DNA of 64,000 nt from positions 3,872,001-3,936,000 of the forward strand of contig OZ220696.1 in NCBI GenBank assembly GCA_965116495.1. Direction: 5' to 3'. Position 1 is the first letter of the stretch. Each line of letters begins with the position of its first letter. Made by a program: the position numbers and the translations under genes. This DNA is from Gammaproteobacteria bacterium. Lineage in GTDB: Bacteria; Pseudomonadota; Gammaproteobacteria; Eutrophobiales; Eutrophobiaceae. The notes beneath the pieces were generated by a model, which made no database searches, was not told the origin of the DNA, and saw nothing but the letters and a program-made list of their open reading frames with translations. Below, piece after piece: positions 28,300 through 36,629 of the stretch.

Positions 28300-28502
28300 T
28301 CGCTCCCTTGCCGTAGGTATAACGTGATTAGCGTGGTGCAGATGGGGCCTTACGTTTTGGTGTGCCGACAGGTGTACAGCCCGTATATCAACATGCGCAT
28401 TTCACGCCGCGCTGCCGACGGGTTTTTATCCTGCTCGGAAAATTTCGTGAATTATTGGTCCGGGAAGACCCGGATGTGAATACACACATTACTATTAATG
28501 AC

Positions 28503-29498
28503 ATGAGAAATTTTGGCGCAGAAGAAACAAACCTGAGCATCAACACCTTGATCGCTCCGAAGGTAAATCAATTGATCAACACTTCGGGTGGGCTCGGATT
28601 GAATACCAGCCGCGCGGAAAACGGAAGTTTATTGATAGACGCGGGCATCGCCGGCTGTGGCAGTATTGAGGCCGGCAGACAAATTGCTGAAATCTGTCTT
28701 GGAGGACTGGCTACTGCGAGATTGCGGGCTTCGCGAGACTATGAAAACTGGCCGTGGCACGTGGACGTTCATACCAGCCATCCGGTGATTGCCTGTCTGG
28801 CCAGCCAATACGCCGGTTGGAGTCTTTCCAACGGCAAAGGCAAGGGGACATTCAACGCGTTGGGGTCCGGTCCGGCCAGGGCCCTGGGCAGCAAAGAACC
28901 GTTGTTTGATGAAATCGGTTATCGTGATAAAGCGGACCAAACCTGTATCATACTGGAAGTTGATACTATCCCGCCGGTTGAAATTGCCGATAAAATTGCC
29001 CGGCGGTGTCAGGTTTCGCCGGAAAACCTCACGCTTATCATGACGCCTACCTCAAGTTTGGCCGGCTCAGTGCAGGTTGTCGCCCGGGTATTTGAGGCCG
29101 CATTGCATAAGGCCCACACTATGCGTTTTCCCCTGAAAAGAATTGTAGACGGCATGGGCACCGTCCCCTTGTGTCCCCCCGCGCCGGATTTTCTGACGGC
29201 CATGAGCCGTACCAATGATGCGATTTTGTTCGGTGGCCAGGTCCATTTGTTTGTCAATGCGGGTAATGAAGATGCAGAGGCGCTGGCACGCGCGTTGCCA
29301 AGCAATACGTCAGAAGACTACGGCAGGCCGTTTGCCGAGGTATTCAGAAGCGCCGGTTTTGATTTCTACAAGCTTGATCCCATGTTGTTCAGCCCGGCTA
29401 TGGTGATCGTGAGTTCTCTCAGTACCGGGCGTTCGTTTAAGGCAGGAGAGATCAACCTTAGCGCCTTGAACAAATCATTCACCAGCATATTCAGTTAA
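28503..29498 (+). CDS. mch: Methenyl-H4MPT cyclohydrolase
   Basis: IDAG, ICLGGL, PV.ACL.SQYAGW, GSGPARAL, RTNDAILFGG, FY..DP.LFSPA; exact start uncertain. Confidence 0.95.
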   Translation: MRNFGAEETNLSINTLIAPKVNQLINTSGGLGLNTSRAENGSLLIDAGIAGCGSIEAGRQIAEICLGGLATARLRASRDYENWPWHVDVHTSHPVIACLASQYAGWSLSNGKGKGTFNALGSGPARALGSKEPLFDEIGYRDKADQTCIILEVDTIPPVEIADKIARRCQVSPENLTLIMTPTSSLAGSVQVVARVFEAALHKAHTMRFPLKRIVDGMGTVPLCPPAPDFLTAMSRTNDAILFGGQVHLFVNAGNEDAEALARALPSNTSEDYGRPFAEVFRSAGFDFYKLDPMLFSPAMVIVSSLSTGRSFKAGEINLSALNKSFTSIFS

Positions 29499-29527
29499 AC
29501 GGTAACTGTGTAACACCCGCAACATGG

Positions 29528-29626
29528 GAACATGGGGTCAGGTCGCACAATGCACGTTCTATCTTTTCTACAACTTACTTATCCAGTTCTTTGCCTGTGT
29601 GCATTGTGCGACCTGATCCCATGTTC
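29528..29626. repeat. REPIN-like element (GGGGTCAGGTCGCACA family)
   Basis: 28-bp arms GAACATGGGGTCAGGTCGCACAATGCAC / GTGCATTGTGCGACCTGATCCCATGTTC, one mismatch. Confidence 0.85.
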
Positions 29627-29628
29627 TC

Positions 29629-30462
29629 GTGGTTAACTTGGCCGCGCAGGTGTATGACTGTTTCATCTGCGATATCAATGCGTTAAAACCTGGTAACGTA
29701 GGCCGGCACGGCGCCGGCCACGGTATGGAATGTGCGGACTTTATCAGGAGTGCACAAGTCGTCACGCCCATCCTGTGTAATCATCGGCTTGGGCTTGGCG
29801 AAAGAATTCTGGCAGGTGTCGAGGCCACTCTTGCCGCGGTTCACTGCAATACCAACCTGGGCATGCTATTACTCATCGCACCTGTCATCAGGGTGTTTGA
29901 ACAGCTTGTTTCTCCGGAAGATTTCAAGGATACGATCAAACCCACCCTGATGTCGTTGGGGCGGCGGGAGGCACAGGACATCTTTGCGGCCATTCGCCTG
30001 GCCAATCCGGGGGGGCTTGGCAAGGTGGATAAATATGACGTAAACTCACCACTGGAAATTGATATATTTTCAGCTATGGATGCCGCGAAGGACCGTGACC
30101 TTATTGCCTTGCAATACGCAAACGGTTACCGGGAAGTCGTTAATTTGGGCATAAAATGCTTGCAAAACTATCACAATCGCTGGAATAGTGTAGAATGGGC
30201 GGTCGTTGCCTGTTATCTTATGTATATGGCGAGTTTCCCGGATTCCCATGTCCGCAGAAAACACGGAATGGAAATAGCGGAGCAGGTGAGGAAGAATACA
30301 GTACTTGTGCGGGAGCGGTTTACGGACTGCGATAATCCGGGGGATGCGAAAGATGTGTTGATGATCTTTGACAGGGAACTCAAAGAATCGGAAATTAATC
30401 CGGGCACCTGTGCAGATCTGACGATAGCCAGCCTGTTGTTGTACCGGCTCGGTGTTGGTTGA
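29629..30462 (+). CDS. CitG-like protein of H4MPT clusters (Orf7)
   Basis: KPGNV, NTNLG..LL.AP, F.AIRLA.PGGLG, DSH..RK.G, NPGT.ADL. Confidence 0.88.
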   Translation: MVNLAAQVYDCFICDINALKPGNVGRHGAGHGMECADFIRSAQVVTPILCNHRLGLGERILAGVEATLAAVHCNTNLGMLLLIAPVIRVFEQLVSPEDFKDTIKPTLMSLGRREAQDIFAAIRLANPGGLGKVDKYDVNSPLEIDIFSAMDAAKDRDLIALQYANGYREVVNLGIKCLQNYHNRWNSVEWAVVACYLMYMASFPDSHVRRKHGMEIAEQVRKNTVLVRERFTDCDNPGDAKDVLMIFDRELKESEINPGTCADLTIASLLLYRLGVG

Positions 30463-30581
30463 TTCTGGCTGTTGTAGCTGCTGGTGCGGGTGATAGTTGA
30501 TAGACCTTACGGAGGTTTATTATGTTTAAAATTCTTGACAAACTTACTAGTATATTTAAATCAGAAGAAGGAGGTAATGAT

Positions 30582-31094
30582 ATGGCCGTTATTGATAGAG
30601 TACTCGTTGGTGAAGCATTGGTGGGAGATGGTAATGAGGTCGCACATATCGACCTGATCATGGGGCCCCGTGGTAGCGCGGCAGAGACCGCGGCCTGCAA
30701 TGCCCTTACCAACAATAAAGACGGTTTTACATCCCTGTTGGCAGTCGTATCACCAAACCTGGCATGTAAACCTACTACGGTTATGTTCAACAAGGTGACT
30801 ATCAAGGGCGCAAAGCAAGCCGTGCAGATGTTCGGTCCGGCTCAACGTGCAGTGTCGATGGCGGTCATGGATTGCGTTGAAGATGGCACCATTCCTGCCG
30901 ATGAAGCCGATGATATTTTTATCTGTGTCGGTGTGTTTATACACTGGTTGGCAGAGGACGATGGCAAAATTCAGGATTACAATTACGAATCCGTGAAGAT
31001 GTCAATCAAACGTGCTGTTGCTCGTGAACCCAAGGCTTCCGAAGTATTGAGCAAGCGGGGAGACGCGGATCATCCGTTCCAGGCTCACTCATAA
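30582..31094 (+). CDS. fae: Formaldehyde-activating enzyme (alternative in-frame start at 30522)
   Basis: [51 protein letters not shown]. Confidence 0.97.
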   Translation: MAVIDRVLVGEALVGDGNEVAHIDLIMGPRGSAAETAACNALTNNKDGFTSLLAVVSPNLACKPTTVMFNKVTIKGAKQAVQMFGPAQRAVSMAVMDCVEDGTIPADEADDIFICVGVFIHWLAEDDGKIQDYNYESVKMSIKRAVAREPKASEVLSKRGDADHPFQAHS

Positions 31095-31123
31095 CAACTA
31101 TTTGTAACCACTTGTCGTACCAT

Positions 31124-31148
31124 AACCCCGGCGCAAGCCGGGGTTTTT
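31124..31148 (+). terminator. Intrinsic terminator after fae
   Basis: AACCCCGGC-GCAA-GCCGGGGTT-TTT. Confidence 0.88.
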
Positions 31149-31150
31149 GT

Positions 31151-31344
31151 TATACACAACGACATAAATAATGCCGCATCATGGTTTGTCATTTGCAAAT
31201 GTTTATCCGGGCGAAGGCAGGGACCGGAATCCAGTAGACGATAAAACTCCTTATAGGGAATGTTTTTTCGCTGGATTCCTGCATTCGCAGGAATGACGAA
31301 CAGCAGGAATGACAAACGTGGCGCGATTTATGACGTTACGTATA
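31151..31344. mobile_element. MITE family B containing GTCATTCC..GGAATCCAG-type palindromes
   Basis: TIR TATACACAACGACATAAAT / ATTTATGACGTTACGTATA (16/19 match), TA ends; left end recurs at ~48973. Confidence 0.72.
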
Positions 31345-31356
31345 GAACTGTATTTT

Positions 31357-32058
31357 CTATACTTTCTGTATCTGGATCAGGTGCTCGGATGTGATCTTTT
31401 TGTTGTGTAAAGATGAGGCGAGCAGCGCCCCGTGCACGCCGCAGGCGCTGAGCAGGCGCAAGTCATCCGCGTTACGCACGCCTCCGGCTGCATAGACCTG
31501 TTTGTCAGGCAGTTTATCGATCAGGCTACGGATGCGTTCCAGGTCAGGCCCCCTGTTGCTGCCTACCCGTTCCAGGGCCATGATGATCAGCCGTCGCGGC
31601 AACAGATCAGGCCGCTCCAGCAGGTCTGTATTGCCCAGAAGACGTCTGCCGGTGTAATCCAGTGATAAGATACTATCCGGATTGCGCGTATAATCGGCGA
31701 GTTGATCGACGGCGATTCCGGTTTCCGAGCCCAGTACGTTGCAGACGCGATCCTGGAAGGAACCGGGGTTTCCGCTGCTGAACAGCTCCAGGCCTGAATC
31801 TATCCATAAGCTGATTTCGTCGTTGGTCTCCAGTAACCGGGTGATGAGAGTGTGGTTGTTGCCGTTATTTTCAATGGCATTGAGATCCGCGATGTAAAAT
31901 GTCTTGAATGGGAATACCGACAGGTAGGCGCGGACGACGGCCAGGATATCCGGTACCGGACAAAGTGGCGTGGCCAGGGGCCGGTATGTTTGTCTTTTTC
32001 CCTGTCTGGCCGCAACTACCAGGCCGTCTTTCAAATCAATAACGGGTATGATATGCAT
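31357..32058 (-). CDS. HisA/HisF-like TIM-barrel protein of H4MPT/methanofuran clusters (Orf17)
   Basis: IIPVIDL..G.VV.A..G.R..YRP, YIADL.AI, V.GSET, RVGS..GPD, AAGGVR. Confidence 0.85.
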   Translation of the reverse strand: MHIIPVIDLKDGLVVAARQGKRQTYRPLATPLCPVPDILAVVRAYLSVFPFKTFYIADLNAIENNGNNHTLITRLLETNDEISLWIDSGLELFSSGNPGSFQDRVCNVLGSETGIAVDQLADYTRNPDSILSLDYTGRRLLGNTDLLERPDLLPRRLIIMALERVGSNRGPDLERIRSLIDKLPDKQVYAAGGVRNADDLRLLSACGVHGALLASSLHNKKITSEHLIQIQKV

Positions 32059-33105
32059 GTGGAAAATTATACAGGTTGGGATATCGGCGGTGCACATTTA
32101 AAGATCGCCAGTCTCGATAAAAACGGGGCCCTGCGTATCCTGGACCAGTTTGCCACTCCATTATGGCAAGGTATCGATATGCTGGAGGATCCGGTCAACC
32201 GGGCGGTTGATTCTCTACCACCGGGTAACTGCGTCCATACCCTGACCATGACCGGGGAACTGGCGGACTGCTTTCCCGGGCGCCGGGACGGGGTGATACG
32301 GCTGGTGGATTATATATCGGCCCGGCTTGGCCGTAATAACCCCATCTATGTATATGCGGGCAACAAAGGTCTGATTACGCCTGACCGGGTACATGACTGT
32401 CATACCGACATCGCCTCAGCCAACTGGCATGCAACTGCGACATTTGTTGCCAAAGACCTGGGCTCGGGAATCCTGGTCGACCTGGGTACTACCACCACCG
32501 ATATCATTCCTTTCCATGCACACCGGGTTTGCAGCCGCGGCTATACCGACCAGGAACGGCTGAGAACCGGTGAACTGGTGTATACGGGCATAACCAGGAC
32601 GCCCGTTATGGCAGTCCTTGATCGCGTACCATACAAGGATGCGTGGCAATCAATCGCCGCGGAGTATTTTGCCGGCATGGCGGACGTATACCGTATCACC
32701 GGAGACCTGGATGAGCACTGCGATTTAATGCCCGCGGCTGACGGAGGTGAGAAAACCCGCTACCATAGTGTTAAACGCCTGGCGAGAATGCTGGGAGCGG
32801 AATATAAGGCGACAGATGCCATTGAGCCCTGGTTGGACGTAGCACACCATATTGCTGAAAAACAATTTGAACGAATCGACCAGGCTTTCAACACCGTTAC
32901 GGACAGGCTGGGAAAAACCATACGGAACAACATCGTCGCTGCAGGAGCAGGGCGCTTTATTATTGAGAAACTGGCCCGGAAAAATAATTACGGAGTAACC
33001 GATTTTGAGGATTTATTACCGTCATCCGACAAGAAATTGCGCTTCGTTAATAATTGTTCCACAGCAGTGGCAGTCGCCGGGTTAACCCGGATATTGCGCC
33101 GTTGA
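32053..33105 (+). CDS. Hydantoinase/oxoprolinase-like methanofuran biosynthesis protein (Orf9/MfnF-like)
   Basis: GWDIGGAHLK, PLWQG, TMTGELAD.F, ASANW.ATA, DLG.TTTDIIP, GELVYTG..RTP. Confidence 0.88.
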   Translation: MHVENYTGWDIGGAHLKIASLDKNGALRILDQFATPLWQGIDMLEDPVNRAVDSLPPGNCVHTLTMTGELADCFPGRRDGVIRLVDYISARLGRNNPIYVYAGNKGLITPDRVHDCHTDIASANWHATATFVAKDLGSGILVDLGTTTTDIIPFHAHRVCSRGYTDQERLRTGELVYTGITRTPVMAVLDRVPYKDAWQSIAAEYFAGMADVYRITGDLDEHCDLMPAADGGEKTRYHSVKRLARMLGAEYKATDAIEPWLDVAHHIAEKQFERIDQAFNTVTDRLGKTIRNNIVAAGAGRFIIEKLARKNNYGVTDFEDLLPSSDKKLRFVNNCSTAVAVAGLTRILRR

Positions 33106-33135
33106 GTATTATGACAAATTGTTGGGATATGCGTA

Positions 33136-34488
33136 ATGCGCCTGGTTGAACTGGATTATGCCCGTGACTCTGCGCTGTTGTTCAGCCGTATCGCCGCTGA
33201 GCCGTGGAGTATTTTCCTTGACAGCGGATATCCACTGATTGACAGGGGCCGTTACGACATAATGACTGCCCGGCCCTATCGTACCCTCGTCACCTGTGCA
33301 GATGAAACACGGATAGCCGACGGGGAATCGGTGCAATTCTCGGGGGAAGACCCGTTTGACCTGGTCAGACGGCAGTTGGGTGAACACCGTATCAATTTCT
33401 CCGGGCTCCCGTTTTCCGGCGGGGCGCTGGGGTATTTTTCCTACGACCTTGGACGCCGTATAGAACAGTTGCCGGCCCTGTGCCGGGACGACATCGGTAT
33501 ACCGGATATGGCCATAGGCCTGTATGACTGGGCGCTGATTGTCGATCACCACAGGAGACGAACCTGGTTGATTGCAGCTGAAGAGGCCAGGCTCGGCGTT
33601 GAGGACTGGAAGGGTTTGCAGGAGTTGTTCAGCACTGACGATACCCGGGAGATGGCGGGTCATTCGATAGGGTCGCGTATGTTGAATCACACTGGCAAGG
33701 AGCAGTACCGCGCCGCTTTTGACCGTATTCAATGCTATATCCACGACGGTGACTGCTACCAGGTCAACCTGGCCCAGCGTTTCAGCGTTGCCGTCACAGG
33801 TGATTCATGGAGCATTTACCGGCAGTTGAGAAAATCCAACCCTGCTCCCTATGCCTGCTTTTTCCGGCTCGAGCAGGGCTGCATCCTGAGTTCATCGCCG
33901 GAACGGTTCATTTCCGTATCCAATGATCAGGTGGAGACCAAGCCAATAAAGGGTACCATCAGGCGCTCCGATTATGCCTACGAGGACAAAGCCCTGGCAG
34001 AACAATTACTGGAGAGTGAAAAGGACCGGGCGGAGAACCTGATGATCGTGGACTTGCTGAGGAATGATATCGGCAAGAACTGCGAGATCGGCAGCGTCAT
34101 GGTCCCCAGGTTATTCGCCCTGGAAAGTTTTGCCACCGTACATCACCTGGTAAGCACTGTGACCGGCCGCCTGGCTCGGAGCAGACATGCGCTCGAGCTA
34201 TTACGAGGGGCTTTCCCGGGGGGTTCCATAACGGGCGCGCCCAAACTTCGCGCCATGCAAATCATCGAAGAACTGGAGGACTTTCGCCGTACCGTATATT
34301 GCGGCGCCATCGGCTATATCGGGTTTGACGGTAATATGGATACCAATATTGCGATTCGTACCCTGGTACATAAAGATGACAGAATTTACTTCTGGGCAGG
34401 CGGGGGAATAGTGGCTGACTCCATGCCTGAAAGTGAATACCGGGAGTGTTTTACCAAGGCTGAGGCTATTATGCGGCTGTTTGAGTAG
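33136..34488 (+). CDS. pabB: Aminodeoxychorismate synthase component I
   Basis: GDCYQVNL.QRF, SSSPERF, TKPIKGT (PabB Lys), MIVDLLRND, FPGGSITGAPK. Confidence 0.93.
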   Translation: MRLVELDYARDSALLFSRIAAEPWSIFLDSGYPLIDRGRYDIMTARPYRTLVTCADETRIADGESVQFSGEDPFDLVRRQLGEHRINFSGLPFSGGALGYFSYDLGRRIEQLPALCRDDIGIPDMAIGLYDWALIVDHHRRRTWLIAAEEARLGVEDWKGLQELFSTDDTREMAGHSIGSRMLNHTGKEQYRAAFDRIQCYIHDGDCYQVNLAQRFSVAVTGDSWSIYRQLRKSNPAPYACFFRLEQGCILSSSPERFISVSNDQVETKPIKGTIRRSDYAYEDKALAEQLLESEKDRAENLMIVDLLRNDIGKNCEIGSVMVPRLFALESFATVHHLVSTVTGRLARSRHALELLRGAFPGGSITGAPKLRAMQIIEELEDFRRTVYCGAIGYIGFDGNMDTNIAIRTLVHKDDRIYFWAGGGIVADSMPESEYRECFTKAEAIMRLFE

Positions 34489-34490
34489 AG

Positions 34491-35117
34491 ATGTGGGTAG
34501 TTAAGGTTGGCGGTAGTCTGGAAACGGCGCCCGGGTTAGGTGACCTGCTGGCGTTGCTGGTTGAATATGGGCATTCAAGGATCGTTATCGTGCCCGGTGG
34601 CGGACGATTTGCCGACCGGGTCCGGTCCGGTCAGGCTGAATTGAACCTGAGTGATGAAGCCGCTCACGTCATGGCCATACTGGCCATGGAACAGTTTGCC
34701 GGGGTATTGTGCGGCCTGAATCCGAATTTACACCCGATTGTCCATACAGGCGAAATTGGCGCCATAAACAACAAGGCGGCGATACCCGTCTGGCTTCCCG
34801 CTGAACTGCTTACCGGACAACCTGACATCCCGGTGAGCTGGCAGGTGACCTCCGACAGCCTGGCCCTGTGGTTTGCCGGAAAAATCGATGCAGACGCGCT
34901 AATACTGGTCAAATCGGCTAGCAACGAGACCCCGGACGCAGGACAACTGGCTGCGTCCGGCTACCTGGATGAATTTTTCCCGAAGATGCTTGCAAAAACA
35001 GAAGTGAAGAAAATTGCCTGTGTCTGTATCAATGACCTGGAAATCCTGCAACAGGCCCTGGTCTCTGGCACAATCCCACCTGAAATACGAATTGATACAA
35101 AAGGAAACGGAATTTAA
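34491..35117 (+). CDS. Amino-acid-kinase-family protein (Orf21/MfnE-like)
   Basis: VVKVGGSL, VPGGG.FAD.VR, AH.MA.LAM.Q, SW.VTSDSLA, D..F. Confidence 0.85.
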   Translation: MWVVKVGGSLETAPGLGDLLALLVEYGHSRIVIVPGGGRFADRVRSGQAELNLSDEAAHVMAILAMEQFAGVLCGLNPNLHPIVHTGEIGAINNKAAIPVWLPAELLTGQPDIPVSWQVTSDSLALWFAGKIDADALILVKSASNETPDAGQLAASGYLDEFFPKMLAKTEVKKIACVCINDLEILQQALVSGTIPPEIRIDTKGNGI

Positions 35118-35322
35118 TTCCGTCCCCGTGCTACGAAGGGATTTAACGCAGGATTTTATTTGTCAGACGAGGAAGACCAACGAAGGATGGCAAAAAAAGA
35201 CAAGTTAAATTAAGAAGGCCTGGCGCCTGAAGGAGGTTGGAGGCGCCAGGCAATAGCCGAGCTCCTGCTGGGCTTCCCGCTGAAATCGTTTTATTCGGTC
35301 TGTTTAGTCGGAGCAGTCTCCG

Positions 35323-36534
35323 TCAGTCCCAGTTCAATACGCCGCCGGTCTGGTATTCGGTGACGCGTGTTTCAAAAAAGTTCTTTTCCTTGTTCAGGTC
35401 CATGAGTTCGCTCATCCAGGGAAAAGGGTTGCTGGCCCCGGAATATTGTTCACTCAAACCAATCTGGGCACAGCGTCGATTGGCGATGAACTTCAGGTAC
35501 TCCTCAAACATATTGGCATTCAGGCCCAGTACGCCCCGCGGCATGGTGTCGTAGGCGTAGCGGATTTCCAATTCCACTGACTCGCGCAGGATGGCAATGA
35601 TTTCCTCCTGGAATTCCGTGGTCCACAAGTGTGGGTTTTCGATTTTTATCTGGTTGATAACATCAATGCCGAAGTTCATGTGCATGGATTCATCCCGCAG
35701 GATGTATTGAAACTGCTCGGCGCAACCCGTCATTTTATTGCGCCGGCCCATGGACAGGACCTGTACGAAGCCGACGTAGAAGAAGATGCCTTCGAATACG
35801 ATATAGAAGGCAATCAGGTCTCGTAACAGGCGTTGGTCGGCCGCCGGCGTACCGGTATGGAACGCCGGGTCTCCCAGGCTGTGAGTGAAGCGCATGGCCC
35901 AGGACGCTTTGTCGTGTATGGATGGAACTTCACGATACATGTTGAATACTTCAGCCTCATCCAGCCCCAGGGATTCGACACAGTACTGGTAGGCATGGGT
36001 ATGCAATGCTTCTTCAAAAGCCTGCCGGAGCAGGTATTGGCGGCATTCCGGGTTGGTAATATGACGGTATACCGCGAGCACCAGGTTGTTGGCCACCAGT
36101 GAGTCCGCAGAAGCGAAAAACCCCAGGTTACGTTTTATGATGGTCCGTTCATCTTCAGTCAGGCCCTCAGGGTTTTTCCACAGCGCGATGTCCGCAGTCA
36201 TGTTGATTTCCTGGGGCATCCAGTGGTTGGCGCATGCGTCCAGGTATTTCTGCCAGGCCCATTTGTATTTGAACGGCACCAGTTGATTCAGGTCGGCGCG
36301 GCAGTTGATCATCTGTTTGTCATCGACACTGATCCTGCCGGCGCCGAATTCAACTTCCTCCAGGCCGGTAATTCCGCCTTGATCCTGCCCGTTCGCAATG
36401 ATCAGGTCCGGGCCGGATTGTGCAGCGCTGTCCGGTGCGCCCATTTCGGACTCTATGGCCGGCCGGAGCGGAAAGCTGTTTTCACTCTTCTCTTGTTTGA
36501 TACAGGCAATAGGATCATCCCAACTGGTCAGCAT
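35323..36534 (-). CDS. nrdB: Ribonucleotide reductase class Ia beta subunit
   Basis: [24 protein letters not shown] (radical Tyr), EG.FFY, RDES.H, NFFETRV.EY. Confidence 0.96.
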   Translation of the reverse strand: MLTSWDDPIACIKQEKSENSFPLRPAIESEMGAPDSAAQSGPDLIIANGQDQGGITGLEEVEFGAGRISVDDKQMINCRADLNQLVPFKYKWAWQKYLDACANHWMPQEINMTADIALWKNPEGLTEDERTIIKRNLGFFASADSLVANNLVLAVYRHITNPECRQYLLRQAFEEALHTHAYQYCVESLGLDEAEVFNMYREVPSIHDKASWAMRFTHSLGDPAFHTGTPAADQRLLRDLIAFYIVFEGIFFYVGFVQVLSMGRRNKMTGCAEQFQYILRDESMHMNFGIDVINQIKIENPHLWTTEFQEEIIAILRESVELEIRYAYDTMPRGVLGLNANMFEEYLKFIANRRCAQIGLSEQYSGASNPFPWMSELMDLNKEKNFFETRVTEYQTGGVLNWD

Positions 36535-36629
36535 AATTTTCACCCGTCATCATGATGGTTTACGTTTCCGACATGTATATAACCTGCCGGGAGCTTTGCA
36601 GAGACCTGTCCCAGGCACTTGTCCAATGG

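Noticed and set aside
35323-36534. Class Ic (Mn/Fe, Tyr-less) RNR
   Set aside because: The radical Tyr (HTHAY) and the Asp ligand (SADS) are present; double-ATP-cone NrdA is already known
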